In this document: in pieces, positions 54,301 through 63,776 of the stretch
Layout of the letters: each line of letters begins with the position of its first letter
Numbering within the stretch: the stretch's first letter is position 1
DNA from: an uncultured Bacilli bacterium
Lineage (GTDB): Bacteria > Bacillota_I > Bacilli_A > RF39 > UBA660
Assembly: GCA_944363715.1 (NCBI GenBank)
Contig: CALVUX010000002.1
Span: 22,157-86,156, forward strand
Direction of reading: 5' to 3'
DNA length: 64,000 bases
Notes under the pieces: generated by a model
Database searches by the model: none
Told to the model about the DNA's origin: nothing
What the model saw: only the letters and a program-made list of their open reading frames with translations
Position numbers and translations under genes: made by a program

Positions 54301-56145
54301 AACCAAGATGGTATTAGACCAGAATCAGTTACTATAGGTTTATATAATGGTGATAAATTAGTAAAAACAGTAGAATTAAATGCATCTAATGACTGGACTT
54401 ATGATTTTACTAATCTACCTAAATATGAAAATGGTAAAGAAATAGTATATATTGCAAAAGAAGAAAATGTACCTGATGGTTATGAAGTAAGTTATAGTGA
54501 TGACACTTATACAATTACTAATACTCATAATACTTATACAACTAAGAAAACAGTTACTAAGATATGGAAAGATGAAAACAATATAGAAGGATTTAGACCT
54601 AATAGTATTACTGTAGAATTACTTGATAATAATAATGAAGTAGTAGATGATGCTATATTAAGTGAATCTAATAACTGGACTCATACATTTACAAACTTAA
54701 GTCTTAATGAAGATGGTAAAGAAATTAAATATACTGTTAGAGAAAAAGAAGTTCCAGAAGGTTATACTGTTAGTTATGATCAAGATAATCTAACTATTAC
54801 TAATACAAGAGAAGTTACAAAAACAAAAAAGACTATTACTAAAGTTTGGAAGGATAATGATAACCAAGATGGTATTAGACCAGATTCAGTTAATGTAACA
54901 CTTTATGCTAATGGTGATATTGTAAATACTTATACTTTAACTAAAGATAAAAATTATACTTTAACAGTATCTGACTTACAAGAATATGCTAATGGTGAGT
55001 TAATTAACTATACAATAGAAGAAGAGACAGTTACAGGTTATACTGCAAGTTATAATCAAGAAACTTTAACAGTTACTAATACTCATACTCCAGAAGTAAG
55101 AAGTATTAATATAACTAAGGAGTGGAAAGATGCTAATAACCAAGATGGTATGAGACCTGGTTCTGTTACAATCTATTTACTAGCAGATGGTAAACCTCTA
55201 GATTATGATATAACTTTAAGTGATGCTAATAACTGGACAGAAACTATTGAGAATTTACCAGTATATGAAAATGGTGAAAGAATAACTTATACAGTAAAAG
55301 AAGAGAATGTAGCAAACGGTTATACTGTATCCTATAAATATAATGGTAATGACTTTGTAGTTACTAATACTCATGAAGTAGAAAAGACTAGTGTCACTGC
55401 TGAAAAAATCTGGAACGATATGAATAATAAAGATGGTTTAAGAAGTGATGAAATTCTTGTTAATTTATTAGCAAATGGAGAGCATTATCAAACTATTAGA
55501 TTAAATACTGCTAATGGCTTTAAAACAACTATTGATAATTTAAATAAATACTTAAATGGAAACTTAATTAATTACACCTTAGAAGAAATAAGTAAGATAG
55601 ATGGTTATGAAACTACTTATAGTTCTGATACCTTTACAATTGTTAATAATCATAGAATTCTTACTGTTACAAAGACTGTAGATAAAACTACTGTAAATCC
55701 TGGTGATACATTAACTTATACAATTACTGTTTCTAATGATGGTGATGTAGAAGCTAATGATATAGTACTTGTAGATAATTTAGATACTAACTTAGAGTTT
55801 ATCTCTAGTGAAGGTGGTGTCTATAATCCATCTACTCATACTGTAATATATAAAATTGATGCACTAAATCCAAATGAAAAGAAAATATTTACTTTAGTTA
55901 CTAGAGTAAAAGATGATGTAACTAGTGGTACTGCTATTAATAATACTGCTTTAGTCTTAGGTAATGATAATGATGAAGAAGTTCCATCTAACGAAGTTAC
56001 TACAACAGTTGTGGAACCACCAAAAGATGAAGTTGTAGAAATAGTAAATCCAGAAACATCAGATAATATTAATATCATTTATTTAACAGCATTAGTTGAT
56101 ATGTTGCTACTTGGATTCTTTGTAAGAAGAAAAAGAGAAAATTAA
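51340..56145 (+). CDS. Cell-wall-anchored adhesin: signal peptide, vWA domain, 9 CnaB-type repeats, DUF11 domain, NPETS sorting signal
   Basis: MIDAS VVFVLDVSGSMDD. Nine VTKVW(D/K)DxNNQDG(I/L)RP...NY(T)V.E units. TVNPGDTLTYTITVSNDGDVEA. C-terminal VNPETSD plus a hydrophobic segment plus RRKREN. Confidence 0.9.
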   Translation: MKRKRGRVIAQKISYAFLAIMTFFSQANFSYMVYALADDVNYDTISVADANTSNIEDLYDNSESDDGMIMTDKSVDHVEEDLFDITLSALGQAFETTKTVATNKKLDVVFVLDVSGSMDDGDRYISMVNAVNTAIGTIMRANDENRVGVVTFSDSSDTLLSLDSYSTTNQNNKNDYLTYAEGFPFILPPSISTSNNLRDSNNGRVNESTYIYGGTYTQSGMARGANLLINNTDTEDRVPVIILLSDGEPTYGTTNYSNVGNSNLGSGGSTTGQIGYNTILTGNSYKNKVETRYGEDCMYYTIGLDVTSNFGKTVLNPTTENVNNLSYSGNEESLRNYLNSHDGDYNYVDKAYSGAMTSEELNSIFEDIASEIIKGTSSPVGDGDTRALTFSDTLGNGMEVKSTPIITYNGQTYGYTDTYEETNYTAYIYNHSVTNSEGKTVNLSDLQVRVYHNSDGTETVSFVIPKNLFPFIIRDKENNVSPIRLTTRVGLSDEAIENSKTKDVFYTNNFADSKTTATFSPVKDNPYYYENISYNEDGTIASSTPKYQNRNLPKDENVTNTNPNYYDTTFNKETGVVTTVLGNNGKVVLDDPDEVTSKTVTKVWDDSNNQDGIRLDSIEVELLANGKETGNKVNLSEENNWTYEFTNLPKYTDNKEINYTVKEITKVDGYTTTYSDDGLTITNTHEVEKTTRSVTKVWKDNNDQDGLRPDSITVALSKDGVRTGDTAILNESNDWSYTFTNLDKYSNGKEINYTIDEVDVPEGYSKDITINDDGSTTISNTHTTDRVTKTAIKVWNDKNNQDGIRPDSVVVRLYANGEATNYTATLSESNNWRHNFTDLEKNENGKEIVYTVKEETKVDGYTTTYSKDGLTITNSHTPEVRSITVDKVWDDANNQDGKRPESILVTLYANGEEKTTEKLTADSWSYTFENLPKYENGKEITYTVSESTVDGYTLTSNEMVGDTITLTNSYTPEVTSKTVNKVWEDNNNQDGIRPESVTIGLYNGDKLVKTVELNASNDWTYDFTNLPKYENGKEIVYIAKEENVPDGYEVSYSDDTYTITNTHNTYTTKKTVTKIWKDENNIEGFRPNSITVELLDNNNEVVDDAILSESNNWTHTFTNLSLNEDGKEIKYTVREKEVPEGYTVSYDQDNLTITNTREVTKTKKTITKVWKDNDNQDGIRPDSVNVTLYANGDIVNTYTLTKDKNYTLTVSDLQEYANGELINYTIEEETVTGYTASYNQETLTVTNTHTPEVRSINITKEWKDANNQDGMRPGSVTIYLLADGKPLDYDITLSDANNWTETIENLPVYENGERITYTVKEENVANGYTVSYKYNGNDFVVTNTHEVEKTSVTAEKIWNDMNNKDGLRSDEILVNLLANGEHYQTIRLNTANGFKTTIDNLNKYLNGNLINYTLEEISKIDGYETTYSSDTFTIVNNHRILTVTKTVDKTTVNPGDTLTYTITVSNDGDVEANDIVLVDNLDTNLEFISSEGGVYNPSTHTVIYKIDALNPNEKKIFTLVTRVKDDVTSGTAINNTALVLGNDNDEEVPSNEVTTTVVEPPKDEVVEIVNPETSDNINIIYLTALVDMLLLGFFVRRKREN
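53121..55655 (+). repeat. Nine tandem ~280-290-nt coding repeats (CnaB/isopeptide-type domains)
   Basis: Recurrent AAAGTATGGGA(T/A)GAT...AATCAAGATGGTATTAGACCAGA blocks at ~53147, 53428, 53719, 54001, 54285, 54563, 54844, 55123 and 55408. Confidence 0.85.
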
Positions 56146-56150
56146 AATAT

Positions 56151-56190
56151 AAAGATGTTTAAAAGATTGTTCTTTTGAACATCTTTTTTC
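56151..56190 (+). terminator. Terminator after the adhesin gene
   Basis: AAAGATGTT / AACATCTTT stem followed by TTTC. Confidence 0.55.
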
Positions 56191-56272
56191 TTTAGAAACA
56201 TTTGATTTTTAGATGATTTTTTCTAACATATATGATATAGTAATACATGATGTGAAAGGCAGTGGTGTTTCT

Positions 56273-59200
56273 ATGACTGATGAGTTATTAAGATATGTTA
56301 AACAAAGTGATTTAGATAAAGGAATAAATTATGATAATAGAAAGGTTAGATATGTTGGTAGTTATCAGGATTTAGGTTATACTACTAATCGTTTTATTGT
56401 GTCTTCTGAACATACATTAAAATCATATATAGTAACAGTAGAAGTTGATAGTGATGATAAAGAAATATCAGATATAACTTGTACTTGTCCTCAATTTACT
56501 TTAACAGACTCATGTAAACATGTCGCTGCAGTACTTACTAAATTTCAAGGAGAATATTTTTTATTTGATGAAAAAGAACATAATAACATTCTTGCTTCTG
56601 TTTTACTAAATGAATTAAAGAGAACTTCTCTTGATAAAAACATTGTTAAAAAAGAAGCAAGAGTTGTTCCTTATTTAAAATTTGAATCATACTATAATTA
56701 TTATAGTTACTATGATAATGAAGCTTATGAATTAAGATTTAAAGTAGGTGCTAATAAGCTTTATATGTTAGGTAATAAAGTTAGTACATTTATAGATAGA
56801 TATCGTAATGGGGGACAAGTTAAGTTTGGTAAAGAATTTGTATTTAGTAATAGAGAATACTATTTTAATAATAAAAGTAAAAGACTTATAGACTTTATAG
56901 AACTAGCATATTCTAGACAATATCGTTATGATGCTTATTTATTTCCTACTAAATCAGTTTTAGATGATTTGTTTTCAATAGTAGATAGTATTTATGTAGA
57001 AGAACATGGTATTGATAAAGAATTATCTGTTGTAAATCATTTGCCTTTTACTTTTAAGATAGTTAAAGAAAATAATTGCCATACTTTAAAGATAGATTAT
57101 GATTTAACTAAATTAAGGAAATTATCTAATGATTATAGTTACTTAATAGATAAAAATGGTATTTATAGATTGAATGAAAAAGAAACTATACTTGCTAGAA
57201 ACATCATAGAAGAACAAGTAGATAGTTTGACTTTTTCTGATAAGAACTTTAAAGACTTTAAAGATTATGTAATTCCTAGTATTAAAGATAAAGTAGAACT
57301 TGATAAGTCTGTAGACGATGTAGTTATAGTTAAAACTCCTTCTGTTAAGTTATATTTTGATATATTAGAATTATATATAGAGTGTAAAATTGTCTTTACT
57401 TATGGAGATATAGAAGTAAATTATCTGGATAAAGAAGATAGTAATGTTATTAGAGATAAAGATTATGAGAGAAGTGTATTTTTAGATATTACTAAATATG
57501 GTTTTGATAGTGAATTAAGGCTTTATGATATAGATGAAGTAGGAGAGTTCTTAGAAAATGGGATAGATGAGTTAACTGATACTTATGAAGTATTTACTAG
57601 TGAAAAGTTGAAGAATACAAGTCTAATTAAGAAAGTAAAAGGTTCTACATCTTTTAGTATAGGACAAGATAATATCTTAAATTATGAATTTAAACTTGAT
57701 AATGTAAGTCCTAGTGAGTTGGATGATATCTTTTTAAATCTAAAGAATAAAAAGAAGTACTATAGATTAAAAAGTGGTGATATATTAGATTTATTAGATC
57801 CATCTATTAAAGAGTTAGAAGAATTAAAAGAAGATTTAGATTTAGATGAAGAGAAGGGTGAAATACCTAAGTTTAGAGCATTGTATCTAGATAGTTTAAG
57901 AAGTAAAAATAGATTTATTAAGACTAATAACTTGTTTGATTCATTTGTTAAGAACTTTAAAGAATATAAAGATGTCCCAGTTAAGTTTAGTAAAGCTGAA
58001 GATAAACTACTTAGACCTTATCAAAAAGATGGTGTTAAATGGCTTTATAACCTATATAAGTGTGGTTTAGGTGGTATACTTGCTGATGAGATGGGACTTG
58101 GTAAGAGTTTACAGACTATCATTTTTATTCGAAGAGTATTAGAAGAAGATAGTAATGCTAAAATATTAATAGTTTGTCCTACCGCTTTAGTTTATAACTG
58201 GGATAATGAGTTTAAAAAGTTTAGTGATGATATTAAAAGAAGTATTTTTGTAGGATTAAAGAAAGAAAGACATAAGAAGTTAGGTTGGTATGAAGGTAAT
58301 GTTTATATTACTAGTTATGGACTTTTAAGAGAGGATTTAGATATCTATAAAGATATGAACTTTAAAGTTATGATTATAGATGAAGCCCAAAATATTAAGA
58401 ATCCAACTGCTATGTTAACTAAAGCGGTTAAGAGTATTAATAGTGAAGTTAAACTTGCTTTGACAGGAACTCCTATTGAAAACTCTATTCTAGAGTTATG
58501 GAGTATCTTTGATTATATAATGCCAGGTTTTCTTGCTAATAAATCTAAATTTAGTGAGAAATATAAAATAGGTGAAGACTTTGATGATGATACTAATCTA
58601 ACATTAAGTAAGCTTAGAAGAGAGGTTAAACCATTCATATTGAGACGTAAGAAAAATGAAGTACTTAAAGATTTACCTGATAAGTTAGAGAATAATATTT
58701 ATATAGATTTAAGTGATGAAGAAAAGAAAATATATGCTGCTTTAGTTAAAGAAACTAAAGAAGAGATGGAAGAGTTAGTAAGTGAAGGCTTTACTAAGAA
58801 TAAGATGCAGATACTTACACTTTTAACTAGACTTAGACAAGTATGTATAGATCCAAAGATAATCTTTGATAACTTTAATAAAACTTCATCTAAGATAGAG
58901 CATTTAACAGATGTAGTTAAGGAAGCAGTGACTAATGGACATAAAATACTTTTGTTTACTAGTTTTAGAACTGCTTTAAATATAGTAAAAGATAATCTTA
59001 CTAAAGAAGGTATAACAAGTTACGTTATAGATGGTTCTGTTAGTAGTAAGAAACGTCAAGAATTAGTAGATAAGTTTAATACTGATGATACAAATATCTT
59101 CTTAATTATGTTAAAAAGTGGTGGTACAGGACTTAATCTTACTAGTGCTGATATTGTAATACATTTAGATTTATGGTGGAATCCTCAAGCAGAGAATCAA

Positions 59201-59416
59201 GCGACAGATAGAGCCCATAGAATAGGTCAAAAAAATACAGTTGAAGTTATTAAACTAATTACCAAAGGTACTATTGAAGAAAAGATACTTGATTTACAAG
59301 CTAAAAAGAAGATACTAAGTGATAAGTTAATAGAAAATGATGGTGATGAGTATAAGAGTTTCCAAAACTTATCTGTTGATGATATTAGAGAATTATTAAA
59401 ATTTAATAATGAATAG
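56273..59416 (+). CDS. SNF2-family helicase with N-terminal SWIM zinc finger (YwqA/RapA-like)
   Basis: SWIM ITCTCPQFTLTDSCKHV; SNF2 motifs LADEMGLGKSLQ, IIDEAQNIKN, LTGTPIEN, helicase-C TGLNLTSADIVIHLDLWWNP...QATDRAHRIGQ. The ORF opens at 56213. Confidence 0.85.
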   Translation: MTDELLRYVKQSDLDKGINYDNRKVRYVGSYQDLGYTTNRFIVSSEHTLKSYIVTVEVDSDDKEISDITCTCPQFTLTDSCKHVAAVLTKFQGEYFLFDEKEHNNILASVLLNELKRTSLDKNIVKKEARVVPYLKFESYYNYYSYYDNEAYELRFKVGANKLYMLGNKVSTFIDRYRNGGQVKFGKEFVFSNREYYFNNKSKRLIDFIELAYSRQYRYDAYLFPTKSVLDDLFSIVDSIYVEEHGIDKELSVVNHLPFTFKIVKENNCHTLKIDYDLTKLRKLSNDYSYLIDKNGIYRLNEKETILARNIIEEQVDSLTFSDKNFKDFKDYVIPSIKDKVELDKSVDDVVIVKTPSVKLYFDILELYIECKIVFTYGDIEVNYLDKEDSNVIRDKDYERSVFLDITKYGFDSELRLYDIDEVGEFLENGIDELTDTYEVFTSEKLKNTSLIKKVKGSTSFSIGQDNILNYEFKLDNVSPSELDDIFLNLKNKKKYYRLKSGDILDLLDPSIKELEELKEDLDLDEEKGEIPKFRALYLDSLRSKNRFIKTNNLFDSFVKNFKEYKDVPVKFSKAEDKLLRPYQKDGVKWLYNLYKCGLGGILADEMGLGKSLQTIIFIRRVLEEDSNAKILIVCPTALVYNWDNEFKKFSDDIKRSIFVGLKKERHKKLGWYEGNVYITSYGLLREDLDIYKDMNFKVMIIDEAQNIKNPTAMLTKAVKSINSEVKLALTGTPIENSILELWSIFDYIMPGFLANKSKFSEKYKIGEDFDDDTNLTLSKLRREVKPFILRRKKNEVLKDLPDKLENNIYIDLSDEEKKIYAALVKETKEEMEELVSEGFTKNKMQILTLLTRLRQVCIDPKIIFDNFNKTSSKIEHLTDVVKEAVTNGHKILLFTSFRTALNIVKDNLTKEGITSYVIDGSVSSKKRQELVDKFNTDDTNIFLIMLKSGGTGLNLTSADIVIHLDLWWNPQAENQATDRAHRIGQKNTVEVIKLITKGTIEEKILDLQAKKKILSDKLIENDGDEYKSFQNLSVDDIRELLKFNNE

Positions 59417-59427
59417 GAAGGGTAGTT

Positions 59428-59883
59428 ATGATAAGAATTTGTTTTGTGTGCCAAGGTAATATTTGTAGAAGTACTATGGCAGAGTATGTATTTAAAGATT
59501 TAGTGAGAAAAGAAGGATTAGAAAAAGAATTTTTAATAGAGTCACGTGGTGTTATTGCAGATGTTGGTAGTGATATACATCCTGGTACTAAGAAAATGTT
59601 AGATTTGCATAATATTCCATATAGTAAACATGTGTCAACACAGTTAGAAAAAAATGATTATGAAAAGTTTGATTACTTTATAGGTATGGATAATTATAAT
59701 GTTATATCTATGAAGAAGATATTTGGTACTGGTAAGAAAGTGTATAAACTATTAGACTTTACTAAAAATGATGAAGGGATAGATGATCCTTGGTATACAC
59801 ATAATTTTAAGGCTACTTATGATGATGTAGATAAAGGCTGTAGAGCATTACTTAAATTTATAATTAAAAGTAAACTTTTTTAA
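59428..59883 (+). CDS. Low-molecular-weight protein-tyrosine phosphatase
   Basis: ICFVCQGNICRSTMAE (CX5R P-loop), DDPW. Confidence 0.85.
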   Translation: MIRICFVCQGNICRSTMAEYVFKDLVRKEGLEKEFLIESRGVIADVGSDIHPGTKKMLDLHNIPYSKHVSTQLEKNDYEKFDYFIGMDNYNVISMKKIFGTGKKVYKLLDFTKNDEGIDDPWYTHNFKATYDDVDKGCRALLKFIIKSKLF

Positions 59884-59986
59884 CTTCCTTTTTTAAATTA
59901 ATTAAGTTATAATTTTAATAGGAAGTGTTAATAATAAGATTATAAAAAGTTAACATTTTTATAGTCTTTTTTTAAGGAGGTTTATT

Positions 59987-60700
59987 ATGACAGCACATAT
60001 TGAAAGTAAAAAAGAAGATATCGCCGAAGTGGTTCTTATGCCAGGAGATCCATTACGTGCAAAATATATTGCCGAGAATTTCTTAACTGATTATAAATTA
60101 GTTAATAAAGTTAGAAATATGTTTGGCTATACTGGTTATTATAAAGGAAAAAGAGTAACAGTCTTTGCATCAGGTATGGGTATTCCTAGTATTGGAATAT
60201 ATTCTTATGAATTATATAAATTCTATGATGTAAAGAAAATAATTCGTATTGGTACTAGTGGCTCTTTTAATAAGAATATTAAAGTCCTAGATGTTGTTTT
60301 ATCTAGTGGAGCATACTGCAAGACTTATTTCCCTAAGTTATTAGATGGTAATAATATAGATTTTATTAAATCAAGTGAGTCTTTAAACGAAAAAATTAAA
60401 ACAGTTGCTACTAATAAGAATATTCCTTTAAAAGTTGGTAAGACTATTACTAGTGATGTGTTTGATTTATACAGTAGTTCCCTTGATGAGTTTAAATCTA
60501 ATTTCCCTGATGATGATTTCTTATCAGTGGAAATGGAAGCTTTTGGACTATTTTATATTGCAAATAAATTTGGAAGAGAAGCATCATGTTTAATGACTGT
60601 TGTAGATTCTTTTTATGATGAAAAAAGTCTAACTAGTGAAGAGAGGGAAAAGTCACTAAATGAAATGATTACAATTGCATTAGAATCAGTGCTTATATAG
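59987..60700 (+). CDS. deoD: Purine nucleoside phosphorylase, DeoD type
   Basis: HIESKKEDIAEVVLMPGDPLRAKYIAE, GMGIPS, VEMEA motifs. Confidence 0.9.
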   Translation: MTAHIESKKEDIAEVVLMPGDPLRAKYIAENFLTDYKLVNKVRNMFGYTGYYKGKRVTVFASGMGIPSIGIYSYELYKFYDVKKIIRIGTSGSFNKNIKVLDVVLSSGAYCKTYFPKLLDGNNIDFIKSSESLNEKIKTVATNKNIPLKVGKTITSDVFDLYSSSLDEFKSNFPDDDFLSVEMEAFGLFYIANKFGREASCLMTVVDSFYDEKSLTSEEREKSLNEMITIALESVLI

Positions 60701-60716
60701 AAAGGTAAGGTGTAGT

Positions 60717-61988
60717 ATGAATTATGTAAAGAAAGAAATGGGTGCCTATAATCTTCATATAATTAAAACTAATCTTTATAAGACTATTACTGTTAAGATA
60801 TTTTTTAGAGAAAAAGCTTTAAAAGAAAATATTACGAAACGTAATTTTTTAAGCCGTATTATGATGCTTGGTAGTAATGATTACAAAACTAAAGTAGAAC
60901 TTACGAAAGCTGAACAAGACTTATATGCTGCTAATATCTCTGGTACTAATAGAAGAATAGGTAATTATCTAGATACAGGTATTAGTCTAAAAGTATTACA
61001 TGATAAATATACTGAAGAAGGTAACTTTGAGAAGAGTTTAGATTTATTAGATTCTTTAATCTTTAATCCTAAAGTTACTAATAAAGCTTTTGATGAGATA
61101 GACTTTAATACTGTTTATGAAGAATATAAAGCAGATCTTAATAGTTTAGTTGAAAATAAAATGACTTACGCTTTAATCAAAGGATTAGAAGCGACAGATA
61201 GTAAAAGTGTTATAAGTTATAGAGGTATTGGTTATCTAGAAGACTTAGAGAAAATTACTAAAAAAAATTTATATGATTATTATTTAGAAATGATAAAACA
61301 TAACTTTGTTGATATCTTTGTTTTAGGAGATGTAGATGAAGATTATATTACAAATGTTATAAGAGAAAAGTTTAAGATAAATACCTTTAAAAAACAACCT
61401 ATAAAAGCTTTAGTAGATGATATGAAAACTTCTAGAACAAAAATAGTTAAAGAAAAAGTATCAGCAGAACAAGATAACCTAATAATAACATTATCTCTTA
61501 ATAACTTAACAGACTATGAAAGAAATTATCCGCTTTCTTTATATAATGCTATACTTGGTGGAGGTTCAGAATCTTTATTGTTTACAGAGATTAGAGAAAA
61601 AAACTCCCTTGCTTATTATGTAAGTAGTACTCCTAATAAATTAGATAATTTAATTATTATTAGAGGTGGTATTACTAAAGATAAGAGTATTGATGCCGTT
61701 AATATTGTAAAAAAGATTTTAAAAGACTTAGAAGCAGGTAAAATAGATGATGATAGAATCGAAAAAGCGAAAGAATACTATACTAGTGCGATTGATGATA
61801 TAATAGAAAGTCCTTTTCAAATTATAGAAAGTTACTATATGATAGAATTACTTGGAGTAGATGATATTGAAACTAAACGTAAGAAAATGTTAAAAGTAAC
61901 TAAAGATGAAATCATCGCTGTTGCTAAAAAAGTTAAAATAAATACTGTTTATATTCTAGAAGGAAGTGATGATAATGGAGAAAATTGA
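60717..61988 (+). CDS. M16-family peptidase-like protein lacking the HxxEH zinc motif (YmfF-like)
   Basis: Insulinase-like length and C-terminal LFTEIREKNSLAYYV motif, with no HxxEH. TGA stop. Confidence 0.7.
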   Translation: MNYVKKEMGAYNLHIIKTNLYKTITVKIFFREKALKENITKRNFLSRIMMLGSNDYKTKVELTKAEQDLYAANISGTNRRIGNYLDTGISLKVLHDKYTEEGNFEKSLDLLDSLIFNPKVTNKAFDEIDFNTVYEEYKADLNSLVENKMTYALIKGLEATDSKSVISYRGIGYLEDLEKITKKNLYDYYLEMIKHNFVDIFVLGDVDEDYITNVIREKFKINTFKKQPIKALVDDMKTSRTKIVKEKVSAEQDNLIITLSLNNLTDYERNYPLSLYNAILGGGSESLLFTEIREKNSLAYYVSSTPNKLDNLIIIRGGITKDKSIDAVNIVKKILKDLEAGKIDDDRIEKAKEYYTSAIDDIIESPFQIIESYYMIELLGVDDIETKRKKMLKVTKDEIIAVAKKVKINTVYILEGSDDNGEN

Positions 61989-63279
61989 ACTAAAAAATGT
62001 AGATAAAACTATCTATAGAGAAGTCTTAGATAATGGTTTAGAAATTATTATTATTCCTAATGATAAAATTAGTAAGAAAAAGAACTATTACTTTAGTTAT
62101 GTTACTTATTATGGTGCCTCTATTAATGAGTTTGTACCTAAAGGTATGAGTAAAATGACTTCTTTTCCTAGTGGTATCGCTCATTTCCTAGAACATAAAA
62201 TGTTTGAAAGTAAAGATGGTATAAAGCCTTTTGATTTCTATGCTAAAACAGGTAGTTATGTTAATGCTTTTACTAGTTATAAAAATACTTGTTATGTTGT
62301 AACTGGTAATAAGAAGATGAAAGAAAACTTAGAATATTTATTAACATTTGTTAATAGTCCATACTTTACAGATGAAAATGTAAAAAAAGAACAAGGAATA
62401 ATATGTGAAGAAGCAGCGATGAATGATGATAGTCCTGATTATCTTGCTTATAAAACTATAAATAAGAATCTTTATAAAATATCTCCTTATAATACACCTA
62501 TACTTGGTACTATTAAGAGTATAAAAGAGATTACTAAAGATGATTTATATAAATGTTATAATACTTTCTATCGTCCTAGTAATATGTTTTTAGTAGTAGG
62601 AGGGGCGGTAGATCCTGATGAAGTTGTAAAGATTACTACTAGTGCATTAGCAAGATTCAATTTAGAACGTGATGATACTATTAAGATAAAACATTATAAA
62701 GAACCAGTTAAAGTAGTTAAAGACTATGAAGAGATAAAAAAAGATGTAAAAGTAGAAAAACTTGCTATTGGATTTAAAATGGATAAAGCTAAGTTTCCTA
62801 TTAAAAATAAAGTTACTTTAGACTTATATCTTAATATGTTAGTATCTTTATGTTTTGGAGCAAGTTCAGATTTTAGAGAAATGATAAGAAAAAGACATTT
62901 AGTTAGTAGAAGTGGCTATTATTTTCAAGATGTAGGTAATGTTATTACTTTTATGATAGAAGCAGATGTTTTAAACTGTCCAGTTTATTTAAAAGAGTTA
63001 GAAAACTATCTTAATAATTTAAATGTTTTAGAAGAAGACTTAGAAAGAATAAAAAAAGTATGGATATCTAGTGAAGTAATTAAAAGTGATTATGCTGATA
63101 GTATTGTAGATACTGTAGTAGATGATTTAATTAACTATCATAAGGTTATTACTAACTATGTAGAGCTTATTAAGAATATGAATATTGCAACAATGAGAGA
63201 GGTTATTAATAGTTTAGATTTTAGTAATAAAGCGATTGTTAGAGTAGTTAATGAAAATAATCCTTTACAAAATGATTAG
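61975..63279 (+). CDS. M16-family zinc peptidase (YmfH-like)
   Basis: GIAHFLEHKMFE (HxxEH). Overlaps the upstream gene. ATG 61975 lies 8 nt after AGGAAG. Confidence 0.8.
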   Translation: MEKIELKNVDKTIYREVLDNGLEIIIIPNDKISKKKNYYFSYVTYYGASINEFVPKGMSKMTSFPSGIAHFLEHKMFESKDGIKPFDFYAKTGSYVNAFTSYKNTCYVVTGNKKMKENLEYLLTFVNSPYFTDENVKKEQGIICEEAAMNDDSPDYLAYKTINKNLYKISPYNTPILGTIKSIKEITKDDLYKCYNTFYRPSNMFLVVGGAVDPDEVVKITTSALARFNLERDDTIKIKHYKEPVKVVKDYEEIKKDVKVEKLAIGFKMDKAKFPIKNKVTLDLYLNMLVSLCFGASSDFREMIRKRHLVSRSGYYFQDVGNVITFMIEADVLNCPVYLKELENYLNNLNVLEEDLERIKKVWISSEVIKSDYADSIVDTVVDDLINYHKVITNYVELIKNMNIATMREVINSLDFSNKAIVRVVNENNPLQND

Positions 63280-63364
63280 GTCTATGATATAATTGAAGAC
63301 GTCAAAAAATGTTCCGCTAATCATTTGGTTATGAGCATTGGTTATAGGTAAAGGAGGATCTTAT

Positions 63365-63709
63365 ATGAACGTAATTGACAAAATTAATGACAAACAAATT
63401 AATAAGAATATTCCTGAGTTTAGAGTTGGAGATACTGTTCGTGTTGACGTTAAGATTATCGAAGGTAAACGTGAAAGAATCCAAGCTTTTGAAGGAATTG
63501 TAATCGCTCGTCGTGGTGGAAGTGTTAGTGAAACATTTACAGTTCGTAAAATGAGTAGTGGTGTAGGTGTTGAAAGAACATTCCCAATCCATTCACCTAA
63601 GATTGCTAAAATTACAGTCTTAAGACATGGTAAAGTAAGACGTGCCAAACTAAACTTCTTAAGAGGAAGAGTAGGTCAATATCGTATTAAAGAAAGAGGA
63701 CAACAATAG
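63365..63709 (+). CDS. rplS: 50S ribosomal protein L19
   Basis: [36 protein letters not shown]...FTVRK...[16 protein letters not shown] follows AAAGGAGGA. Confidence 0.95.
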   Translation: MNVIDKINDKQINKNIPEFRVGDTVRVDVKIIEGKRERIQAFEGIVIARRGGSVSETFTVRKMSSGVGVERTFPIHSPKIAKITVLRHGKVRRAKLNFLRGRVGQYRIKERGQQ

Positions 63710-63776
63710 TTCCTCTTTTTTCTTTTCTTAATATTAATTTAGATGTATAATATTAATGTATTAGAAAGGATTAAAT

